DNA of 63,866 bases, filler included, from Asterionella formosa (taxonomy: Eukaryota), in NCBI GenBank assembly GCA_002256025.1. It is 11 parts of 11 records of this genome, joined end to end, with 100 filler letters (N's around TTAATTAATTAA, not from the genome) between each part and the next. Parts side by side here need not be neighbours in the genome. Positions count along the whole stretch, not along the records: positions 52,789 to 58,539 come from NKIB01012938.1; positions 58,640 to 63,866 come from NKIB01013048.1; 9 more parts are not named here. One strand, given 5' to 3'. This document shows positions 52,789-63,866 of this stretch, in pieces. The notes beneath the pieces are model-generated. The model saw only the letters and a list, made by a program, of their open reading frames with translations, did not search any database and was not told the DNA's origin. The position numbers and the translations under genes were made by a program. Position 1 is the first letter of the stretch. Each line of letters opens with the position of its first letter.

Positions 52789-53361
52789 AAAAGTCATTGG
52801 ATCCTTGCCCTCTCGAACCTCACCCAATCCATCATTGTTTTCAAGAGCAATAATTCGGAAGAAACCTCGCATTAAATTGCTTAACTCTTGCTCAAAGGTA
52901 GCAGAGAAGCCTGTTCCATTATGTAGACGAAATAAATTGTAGATTGCAGATCTTTTGTTTCCATAACCGCTCTTGGACAGCCTCTCTTTTGTACGCCAAT
53001 GCCGCAATCCTTGCAAGTAGACCATGAAGCCTGATGGTGTGATCTCGTTTTGCAAAATAACAGGTTCCTCTGCTGTATTCTGTAGCAAAAGGGCAAAGCC
53101 TGATTTGATGTGCATCCCGCCTTGCCTTGTTCCCATTCCTTCTGCTTCAATTTCCAGTTGTTGGAGTCGGTTTCTAGCATTTGCTGTGAGCCACCCAGTT
53201 TGATGCTCCAAGCACCACCTTGCAAACAGGAGGCTATCAGCGATGTATGCCCGCCTTGTTCCACCAGCCACAATATTTTCTATCATCATTTGTTCATTAA
53301 CATCCTGGAGAGGATGCCCATGAATAGGGACAGTATTTGCCATCATGAGGTGGAGATGCAA
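52789..53361 (-). mobile_element. Crypton-like tyrosine recombinase, N-terminal part
   Basis: LSKSGYGNKRSAIYNLFR...FEQELSNLMRGFFRIIA...REGKDPMTF resembles the region preceding the YR catalytic domain in stramenopile Cryptons; the catalytic part would lie in the gap. Confidence 0.6.
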
Positions 53362-53422
53362 TGAATGATGAGTATGATGTGGTGTGTGCTTTTGAAATTT
53401 CTTGCTTGATGCCGATCCTCAA

Positions 53423-53585
53423 TGAAATCGCCCATAAACACATTATACTCATGTAATTTTCATCATATGAATGCATTTTTTTCCTCGCTGAAATCGCCCA
53501 TAAACACATTATACTCATGTAATTTTCATCATATGAATGCATTTTTTTCCTCGCTGAAATTGCCCATACACACATGATACTTTCG
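53423..53585. repeat. 66-bp tandem repeat x~2.5
   Basis: tgaaat(c/t)gcccata starts at 53423, 53489 and 53555. Confidence 0.9.
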
Positions 53586-54283
53586 TAGTTAGCATCAAAG
53601 TGTATAAAAAAAGATTCCATCAGGACAACTACTACATATGTAAAATGCCACGAGAAAACAGCTACCAGAAAAAAACGGCCATTTGTCCGGTATTCCCCTC
53701 TAATGATCAAACTTCACTCCAAGTTCAACATAGAAGTGCTAGATATACCGTGTGAAACTATAAACTGGGAATGAACTGAAGTTCAGACATTGGTCGAAAA
53801 ACCGGCCTACTGTCCGAACATTTCTACGAAAATCAGCGTAAGTGTCCGGTAGATGTCTGATGATGTACGTCCACAAAGCACACCCAGATAGTTGAAGTTG
53901 AAAGTATACACTTGAGTGTATACTTTTGTACGGCTACCTGAGGAGCATCGTGGAACCTGGTACGTGAGAGGTATTGAGTAGAGTCTAAAAGTATACAAAA
54001 AGTGTAGACTAACCACCAGATAACTGCCGTTTAGTGCATACTATTTGCGGGTATGTATGAGGAGGAGAGATGAACAAAATTTCCGCCATTTTCCATCTAT
54101 CATGCATGAGGCATGAGTTGCATCGTGGAATTCTACGACAAGTGGCTAAGAAACTATTTGGCAGAAGGGCTGATGAATTACTTTTCAATCACGACGACGA
54201 GGAGAACACGAACAAGAACCAAACAAAGAAGTCGCTCGAATAAACAATAGACAACTCTCATTACATTCAAGACGACATTGACA

Positions 54284-57200
54284 ATGCTAAGAGCATTTGG
54301 TAGGAAAACAAAATTGGAAAGAAATGTCAAACGGTTGAAAGCGAATGATCCAAGTTTGACTGAACTTAATCTCTTTAATAATTCAATTGGTGATGACGGA
54401 GCCAAGGCCATTGCAGAGGCTCTCAAGGTCAATACTGTCTTGAATGGACTTTCTCTCTCTTATAATTCAATTGGTGATGACGGAGCCAAGGCCATTGCAG
54501 AGGCTCTCAAGGTCAATACTGTCTTGACTACACTTGATCTCATTAGTAATTCAATTGGTGATGACGGAGCAAAGGCCATTGCAGAGGCTCTCAAGGACAA
54601 TACTGTCTTGACTGCACTTTATCTCGGAGGTAATTCAATTGTTGAAGATTTACTAAAAGATATAAAGAAACTCATTGATGCAAACAAGAACCGCGATCCG
54701 ATTGCTGCAATTCTTTCAAAGATGCAAATGAATGAACGGAATGCTGACCTTCAAATAAAAGGTTGTTCAGAACTTTGGGACTTGGCTTTGAATGAAGACA
54801 ACAGGGTGGCAATTGCTGATGCAGAAGGTATCACTACGATTCTGTCTGCAATGAAGACTCATTCCTCAAATGCTACTGTGCAAGAAAAAGGTTGTGGAAC
54901 ACTTCAGAACTTGGCTTTGAATGACAACAACAAGGTGACGATTGCTGAAGCAGGAGGTATCACTACGATTCTGTCTGCAATGAAGATTCATTCCTCAAAT
55001 GCTAATGTGCAACACTATGGTTGTGGAGCACTTTCTAGCTTGGCTTCGAAGAATAACAACAACAAGGTGACGATTGCTGAAGCAGGAGGTATCACTACGA
55101 TTCTGTCTGCAATGAAGAATCATTCCTCAAATGCTAATGTGCAATACAATGGTTGTGCAGCACTTGATGACTTGGCTGATAGTAATGAAAATAACAAGGT
55201 GGCAGTTGCTGATGCAGGAGGTATCCCTATGATTCTGCCAGCTATGAATAATTTTTCATCCAATGCTAATGTACAATTCCAAGGTTGTTCAGCATTTTGG
55301 AACTTGGCTGACAATAATGAAAACAACAAGGTGATTATTGCTGAAGCTGGAGGTATTCCTACAATTCTCTCTGCGATGAGGACTCATTCCTCAAATGCTA
55401 GGGTTCAAGAGTATGGTTGTGGAGCACTTTGGAAATTGGCTTTGAATAATGGCAGCAACAAGGTGACGATATCCAATGCTGGTGGAAAAGCTGTAATTGA
55501 GTCTGCTATGCGAAATTACTCATCCAATGCTGGTGTTCAAGAAAATGGTAATGAAGCACTTAGCATATTGACCCAACATTGGAAAAAGACAGAAAAAGAA
55601 TTGGAAAGATATGTCAAACTGTTGAAAGCAAACAATCCAAGTTTGTCGTACCTTGGTCTTGGATGGAATTCAATTGGTGTTGGTGGAGCCAAGGCCATTG
55701 CAGAGGCTCTCAAGGAAAATACTGTCTTGACTAAACTTTCTCTCACAGGTAATTCAATTGGTGTTGACGGAACCAAGGCCATTGCAGAGGCTCTCAAGAT
55801 CAATAATTCTGTCTTGACTAGACTTTATCTCGGAGATAATTCAATTGGTGATGACGGAGCCAAGGCCATTGCAGAGGCTCTAAAGGTCAATACTGTCTTG
55901 ACTACACTTGATCTCTTTGGTAATTCAATTGGTGTTGACGGAGCCAAGGCCATTGCAGAGGCTCTCAAGGTCAATACTGTCTTGACTACACTTCATCTCT
56001 ATTGTAATTCAATTGGTGTTGATGGAGCCAAGGCCATTGCAGAGTCTCTCAAGGTCAATACTGTCTTGACTACACTTGATCTTGATCGTAATTCAATTGG
56101 TGACAGCTTACTAAAAGATATTCAAATTTTGGTTGAGGCCAAGAGGGACCGCAAACAAAATCCTTCTTCCCCAACAAAGCCAACACCAAGTGATAGCAAT
56201 CCCACTGAATCCATTTCCATAGATGAGTCGATACAGAAGGCAGCTACAGAGCTTCACAACTTGCCTTCGAATGCCAACAACAATGTGCCACTTGATGAAG
56301 CAGGAGGGCTTACTGCTACTTTAATTTCGTCTCAAATTGATGCAATTCTTTCAAAGATGCAAGAGGATGAGCAGAATGATGTCATTCAAATGAATGGTCT
56401 CTTGAAGCTTGCGAACTGGGCTGAGAATAATTACAGCAACCAAGTGACAATTGCTAAAGCAGGAGGTATCACTACAATTGTGTCTGCGATGAAGGTACAT
56501 CCTAAGAATGCTGAGGTTCAACAATGTGGTTGTGAAGCACTTATTCACTTGGCTGAGAAGAATGACATCAACCAGGTGAAGATTTCCAATGCTGGTGGAA
56601 AAGTCGCAATTGAGTCTGCTATGCGAAATCACTCATCCAATGCTGGTGTGATTGAAAAAGCTAAAAGAGCACTTTCTATCATTCAACCAATCCCACCAAC
56701 AACACCTAATAATCTCATTTCCATAGGTCGATCGAAAATGAAGGACGCTATGGACAATGTGGATTCAAGACCAATCGAGCTTCCTGTCGAATTCATTAAT
56801 AGTTATACAAACAACTTTTATGAAGCCTTGAAACTTGGTGAAGGAGCTTTTGGTGTTGCCTACAAAGGCCAGATTGAAAATCGGGTCTTTGCTGTTAAAC
56901 GTATGCTTGCCAATATTGCTGTTGAGAGCGATAAAGTGGAGGAAGTTAGAGATATTTTAAAAAGAGAATTGCAGGTGAGCTCATTTGAGGTATCATCTGT
57001 AGCATGTCGTTTCAAGTCTTTATGTTTCTCATGCTCCTGTCATACTGTTTCAGGCATTAAAGAGGTTCCGACACCCCAATATTGTAACTTTGTACGGTTA
57101 TCATTTGTCCTCTGATTTGACTTCTCTATACCTGGTATATGAGTTTGCATTGAAAGGTTCGCTTGATACATTCTATAAGAATGAACGAAGCAGAGCAAGA

Positions 57201-58539
57201 CTCTCGAGTGAGATCCGACTTCAAATCATGTACGACATTATTAGTGCCATCCACTTCCTGCATACTGTTACAAATGACTACCTTGGTCTGTTTCATCACG
57301 ACATCAAGTCATCTAATATCTACCTTCAACGGAACAATGCTGCCAAGCTGATTGATTGTGGTCTAGCCAAGTTTGTTCTTGTGGATGAATCCATTGAAAA
57401 CAGTGCAATTACTTTTTCAGTTATGAACACATCACATGGTGGAGTCTTTGGGACATCTGGCTACTTATGTCCATGGTATTCTAAGGGAGGTAACAAATAT
57501 GAAGCATCATGTGATGTTTACTCATTTGGCATTGTCATGATTGAGCTTGTGACAGGCTGCCTCCAAAATGATAGTGAGAAGTTTCGAGATTTCTATGAAC
57601 GCTACTTCCCATACGATTTTGAAGGAACTCAAGCAGAGGCACTGGAGTTGGCAATTTCAAAATTGGTGGAGGATGTTGATCCTCTTGCAGAGGAATGGGA
57701 AGATGGAATTCTGTCCTCGGTGTGTGCATTAGCCATTCATTGCATTCAGACGAATTGCGCAAAGAGGCCAAAGACTAATGAGTTGGTTGAAAAGTTGGAT
57801 CAACTTGTAAGGCAAACAGATCCTGATGTTGGTGGTGGAAGGCCCAAAGCATCCTTGAATAAAGGGCCTCATGGACCCTATGAGTCACCCTACGAGTGGT
57901 CTCAAACAACAGAATTGGAAAAATATGTTGAACGGATAAAAGAAAATGATCCAAGTTTGACTGCAATTGATCTCGTAGCCAAATCAATTGGTGACGATGG
58001 TGCCACGTTAACTTTGTCTCCGATTGCTGCAACTCTTTCAAAGATGCAAATGAATGAGCAGAATGCTGACTTTCAAAAAGAAGGTCTCGTTGAGCTTGCG
58101 AACTTGGCTAAGGCTAAGAATAATGAGAACAACAAGTTGATAATCGTTGATGAAGGAGTTATCAGTACAATTGTGTCTGAGAATGAAAACAACCTGAAGG
58201 CAATAGCTGATGAAGAAGGCATCGCTAGGACTCTGTCTGCAATGAAGGTACATCTAAAGAATACAGAGGTGCAAAAATATGGATGTGAAGCACTTTTTGC
58301 CTTGGCTGTGACTAGAAACAACCAGGAGACAATTGCTAAAGAAGAAGGTATCACTATGATTCTGTCTGTGATGAAGATTCATTCCTCCAATGCTGATGTG
58401 CAACATTATGGTTGTGCAGCACTTCAGAACTTGGCTTTGAATAAAAACAACCAGGAGACAATTGCTAAAGAAGAAGGTATCACTACAATTCTGTCTGCAA
58501 TGAATCATCATTCATATAATGCTGATGTTCTAGAATATG
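54284..58539 (+). CDS. LRRx4-ARM-LRRx6-ARM-IRAK/Pelle-like kinase-LRR-ARM protein (copy B), 3' end in gap
   Basis: Exons 54284-56974 and 57054->58539; 79-nt intron 56975-57053 at the same position and phase as in copy A. Kinase motifs GEGAFG, AVKR, HHDIKSSN, DCG, GTSGY; ~43-aa ARM-like repeats GGITTILSAMKxHSSNAxVQxxGC. Confidence 0.88.
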
Positions 58540-58640
58540 NNNNNNNNNNNNNNNNNNNNNNNNNNNNNNNNNNNNNNNNNNNNTTAATTAATTAANNNNN
58601 NNNNNNNNNNNNNNNNNNNNNNNNNNNNNNNNNNNNNNNC

Positions 58641-58918
58641 GTAGCAGCAGTCATAGACATATGGTGTTCTGTTGCTTGCTTATTACTCCAACTATTGGTT
58701 TTTAGTTTTACGATCATACGATCCTAAAACTATGATGATTTACTGTCCCACTGCAGTAGCAACAGTCCTGAACATATGGTGTTCTATTGGTTTTTAGTTT
58801 TACGATCATACGATCCTAAAACTATGATGATTTCCTGTTCCACTGCAGTAGCAACAGTCCTGAACATATGGTGTTCTATTGGTTTTTAGTTTTACAATCA
58901 TACAATCCTAAAACTATG
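58641..58918 (+). repeat. Left arm of long inverted repeat, made of ~91-115-bp tandem subunits
   Basis: catatggtgttct recurs at 58658, 58773 and 58864; 58641-58785 is nearly identical to the reverse complement of 63721-63865. Confidence 0.9.
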
Positions 58919-61900
58919 TATCACTTATTACCTGATACTGGTACTCTGTATATATATATGATATATTGTTTTTGTCATATGATGTACCAGTACACATGAA
59001 GAGCTCCCGCCCAAAAAAGGGGCTTAAACAATTTGCTACCAAAACCCTGGCGGTTTTGACATACACCAATTGAATGGTCTAAATAATTTGTTTCAACGGA
59101 CGTAGAAAATATCGATGCAAACAAATTTCAGAAATAATACCGGTACACGTAGTCGTGGAAAACAATGGACATATAGTGCATTTTTTTTCGAATTATTTAT
59201 ATGCAAGTATGATCATCTCAACCATATCAGATGTTCCATATCGAGAGCGCCTTTGAATTTTATAAATGTATAGCACTATATATATATTTACAAAAATTTA
59301 TTACTATATTTATGGCATATATATATTTGAAATCGTTCTGTCATGTTAACAAACAATGCCTGCTGCTTCATGAAAAATTACGTCGTAGTAAAGCACATGA
59401 CAAGAAAAGAAAGTTTACGCAATACATAACGAATAACATTGTGGCTTCGACACATTGCGCCTTCGAAGGATGGAGAATGTTTAAGGTAATGAAGCCATCA
59501 ATGTGGTAGTACTTGGATGACAATCGTTGGGAGGCAGGCAGGCAGCACAACAACAAATTGTTAACTAAATGCACATTTCCTTTTTTCTCAGTTGATTCAA
59601 CAGCTCGTTTTGCTTGTTGGGGAGCATCAATGTAAAACAAAACCAAATTGCGTAAGTGCTCTTGTCGCTCGTTTGACCTATTCACTTCTGTTGGAACAAA
59701 ACTGACAAAACGTTTACCTTCTCTCAAAGTTAAGATGACAAAAATGAACCGGTAAGTTTTATTCGACAACATTGGAAACCCGAAACTTACTTATTCAAGA
59801 ATTTGGCTTACTGACAAGTTACTATTACAGACTTATGCATCAGTTGCATTGATTTGTGGTAAGTGAAGCAAGAGGATATGATGGAATTGCGTGTTCTTGT
59901 GTCAATGTAACATGACTAGCTAACAAATCAATCCTTCTCATTGTTACTGTAACTGCATGCATAGGAATATAAAACCGATCAAACGGAATAGCCGGCGAGT
60001 TCACAATGAAACTAACAGCAGGGGGAGAGACACAACATCATAAGTAAGACATTGCTTGGCACAAGCTTGGCACAAGATTCAGAAAAGAGGAAGAAAAGGG
60101 TGAGACAGGAACAATATACATTGAGCCGAGTAGAGAGAGAAACATTGGGTTGCTGCCATGTAGATTAATAGATAGCTTTGCTTAATTTGATAGTCAAATT
60201 ACGATCCATTTCAATCTATTTTGAAACTATGCTTGTGATTAGAATTATGATCATGTTTACGATAGAATTACAATGAAACAATTCACATGATAGCATAGAG
60301 TTGAGCTGGTTTCAGGATACGTTGTAGTTATAATTTACATCAGGCGATCACGAGAAGTGAAAATCATATGAGAAGGTTTATTATATTGATGGGAAATGTT
60401 GTGGATCAGTTTATAAACATTGTGTGATGATAATGTTCTTATAATCATTATACTTCAAGGTCGGTAAAAAATTAATAAATCATCATAGTTACAAGATACC
60501 TTGATCATATTTTTGATCCAAAAATTATCATATATACAAAAGTCCTGTGCCACTTAGCTTACGATACCCTTGATCCTGTATGCATGATACTTTTTATTTG
60601 CAGACGTAGCAGGCGATATGCAAAAAGAAGCATGAGACTGTCTACTTATAGTAACACTGTGATTCTGGTTTCCTAATTTTCATGTCTCATTAGATTTTCT
60701 TTGTCATTGTAATAGTTCCTTAGCTTTGAAGACAGGAGCGTATTCTTTGGTGTATCTGGACTATTTCAATTGATGGCAGCAGTTGGATTTAGACACAAAC
60801 CTCGACAAAAGCACTAGTACTTTGTAGATGTTCATGAAGAGCCAGACACTTTGGCCTATCGAACACCAGTCAGTCTATAGTACTGCAAAAATGCAAGAAG
60901 CACAAGTTGAATGCCCATTTATGGATTCAAGTTTCAGTAGTGCAACAATGTAAATTATTAGAAACCGGAAGTCACATTTCATCTAATTACGGTTTTCATT
61001 AGCTATACTAGTAGCTAGTATTGATTGATGCGAGGAAGCAATGGTAGAATGGCTGCCAAACGGGCGGGGCAAACACAGAGAATCCTACTAATTTTTGTCC
61101 CCAATGATCCCAGACCCTTCTTGAATGTCACTTGCTACAGAAATTGTAGAACAGCCGCCATGATCTGTTGATTGTTGTTTTATGGTGCCAATGACCAAAA
61201 TCTCCAGAAATCTCAATGACTTGCTTGTTTCTTGACTTGAATGCAAAAGGGATCGAAACCAATGGGAAAATCAAAAGGGCACTAAAAATGCTCTCCAAAC
61301 ATCAGGACAATTATGAAAGAGATATGAAGGTCCTTGGGAGGAGAAGTAAAGGGCTGCTAATTGCTTGTTCTGGTCTTGCGGGAACAAGAATAGATTGACC
61401 CAAACAATGTTGACAAATAGGTACCTAGCTACCGGAAAAGGAAGCAATGCTTTCGGCATCATCAATCTAGCTATACACAAGCCTGCGCCACCTGACATCA
61501 ATATAGCTACCTCGACTTTATCAATGAAGAAGTCAATGGGTGGAGCATATGAGGAAAATCGGGGTTGAGGTTTTCTTGACGCCAATGTGGGCCTGATTGG
61601 TTGAAATCCTTGCAGATGAAGGCTTTGAGTAACCTGGGCCTGTGAAGCCAAAGGATAAAGAAAAATCTACAACAAAGGTGGTGAAATAGTGTTTAGGAGG
61701 GTGGAGCAAAAGTCATCATAGCTGAACGCATTCCAAAATTGTATAGACAATAAATGGTGGCATAACCTTGACTTGGCTGCTCTTGGCTGACAGCTGCCAA
61801 GTCAAGTACAAAGACAACGAGGGTGCACAAAAGCAAGACAGTCCAATTTTAATCAACTGGCTGATACTTAGTTGTGAGACTCACCATTCTGCAATGGGGT

Positions 61901-63709
61901 GGACTTTGATCATTGATTCATTTGAAGCACTATCAATTCGAATGCTGTTCAGTGAAACAGCCAATGAAAACAATTGTGGTGGCGAAAAAGCGCAGAACAG
62001 ATCAAGAGATTTCACAGGATGATACACTGCTCCTTGTGTAGACTATATTTGATCATTTCCATATTTCATACTATACAGGTGCATGGATGACTCCTCCCGC
62101 CCTTTCATTAGATATGCAGCAGCCATGTTGCGATAATTCTACAGGACCTATAGTAGGATTGGTAGTCTGGTGGTCATCATTTCCGCATTGTATATACCAG
62201 TAGGAGTCATGTATGCATGCATGCTGCGATAATTCTTACAAGACATAAAAATTTGGTAGCTTGGGGGCTATCACTTCCATACTTTAAACAGGGGGGCGAA
62301 GGCATCGCCAATTTTTCAAATGGTCGAAATCATACATTTATTGTCTATAGACATGTTGACCAAAATTCATATGGCCTACCGATAGTACTGTATACTTGCC
62401 GGGAATTATTTCTATCATGGAAATGCCACAATAGTGAAGCGGAAAACTAAATATGCTCATGTGTATAGGATCATTTGATCATATTTTTAAGATCAATTTA
62501 TCCTGATTCTTGAAAGTAAATGTTGATTGTTCATTTTCTCATCAACGACACCGTTCATCATAGTATGATCAATATGTTAAGATCAAAGTTATAGGATAAA
62601 CGAATCTAAATTCATTGATTAAAGATCATAGTTTATACCGGAGTGGTTGCTCATGCATGCAACCACTCCCGTTTATTAAGGGGCTTAATTAAATGAGCCA
62701 CTGACTTTTTGCATACCTACTACGCAGGACTCCTATGTCTACAAGAACCCATTCAGACGTACAAATTCCGATTTCAATATTTTGGGCGACTGTCGAAAAA
62801 GCCGATCGGGTCGGCTTTTTTGAGGAGGATTGCTCTACATCTAGTACGGGATGTCATGAAGAATAAAATAGATAGCCGTGTACCCTATAATATCAGGAGT
62901 TAACTTCTGGAGAAGTGGCACCTAGTTATCCCTCGTAGATTTTTCAAAGCTTGATAGCTCCCTTTATTGACTATTTTTTGGATAGTTACTAGCTACGATT
63001 CCAAGAGGGATACCTGCCACTTCCCTCCAGAAATGAGCGAGGTCCTTACCATATCTGAATACTAGGCTAAAGAACATGTCCCTAAGTCGAGGAATGTCTG
63101 TATCAAAGCATATGAAAAGTGGTTGTATTGGTGAAAGCTTATTTTTCCTTTATTCAGTTGTAAAAGGGACCTCGCAAGGTGTAACTGCGGGGCCGCAACC
63201 TTAAGCAAAATTTTGCTTAAAGTAGAGTCTACTTTCTTAAACTAACATAGTACCTAAATACTTTAACCCAAAATTAGTACGATTTGTCAGAACCTGCTTT
63301 GTCCCTAATTATCTGAATTTATCGAATTTTTTACAGTCGTCATTTTTATACAGCCTGCGGACGCAAGCCGTTAGAAGTTTCATGCTTTGATTTCTTAACA
63401 GCTGCCAAGTCGAGGAATATTTGTCGATTTTGGGATTGAGTAGATACACAAATGAGCAAAATTACCGCAACTTGCTGGTATGTACATATGCCTTAGGATG
63501 TTGCTAACATACTGTCCATACGAATAGTAGCTGTGTTGATGCCCCATCGTCAGATGGTACGAGGTACTACCAGTATACTTGAGGGTGACATTCATGCGTT
63601 GAGCAGTGCCTTAGCATAGTAACATTATTATATCACACATATACAGAGTACCAGTAGCAGGTATGAAGTGATATACTGAGAATACCAGGTAGTCAGAGTA
63701 CCAGGTAGT

Positions 63710-63866
63710 AAGCGAGCAACAGAACACCATATGTTCATGACTGTTGCTACTGCAGTGGGACAGTAAATCATCATAGTTTTAGGATTGTATGATCGTAAAA
63801 CTAAAAACCAATAGTTGGAGTAATAAGCAAGCAACAGAACACCATATGTCTATGACTGCTGCTACT
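63710..63866 (-). repeat. Right arm of long inverted repeat (runs off window)
   Basis: Reverse complement of 58641-58785 with about 2 mismatches. Confidence 0.9.

Noticed and set aside
54350..56110. Diversity-generating retroelement as the cause of LRR variation
   Set aside because: No template repeat or DGR-type RT is present, and the variation is not adenine-specific.
58641..58918. CRISPR-like array
   Set aside because: The intervening sequences are themselves repeated, so it is a tandem repeat.
61200..62050. Possible transposase zinc-finger remnant (PICQHCL, minus strand)
   Set aside because: A single short motif among stops; insufficient evidence.
62796..62821. Rho-independent terminator-like hairpin with T-run
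   Set aside because: Eukaryotic non-genic context with no upstream gene; kept only as a palindrome.

Overview
Eukaryotic draft scaffold with eleven N-gaps; ten carry an artificial TTAATTAATTAA spacer, so adjacency across gaps is unverified. Short GT-AG introns and the gene and TE content point to a stramenopile, probably a diatom (inference). A conserved gene island at about 11.7-23.3 kb holds a TrmB-like methyltransferase, MTHFR, OLA1/YchF, PP4R3/SMEK and an unknown disordered protein. It is flanked by TE debris: a plant-type mariner, a Plavaka/CMC-like element with a Ulp1-like ORF, PIF/Harbinger, Ty3/Gypsy, an RNase H-bearing LINE, a Crypton-like recombinase and several fold-backs. Two signals stand out. 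(1) A modular family of cytosolic immune-receptor-like genes: RI-type LRR, optional ARM repeats, and an IRAK/Pelle-like kinase with a swappable C-terminus. There are two long copies and one ruin, and their 84-nt LRR units are almost invariant in DNA except at the predicted ligand-binding codons. (2) The palindrome TACCGGTA and relatives are strongly enriched in non-genic DNA, and paralog comparisons show CCGGTA present or absent at a TA, as expected for Tc1/mariner-type excision footprints. All family assignments come from motif recognition by eye; no database search was run.
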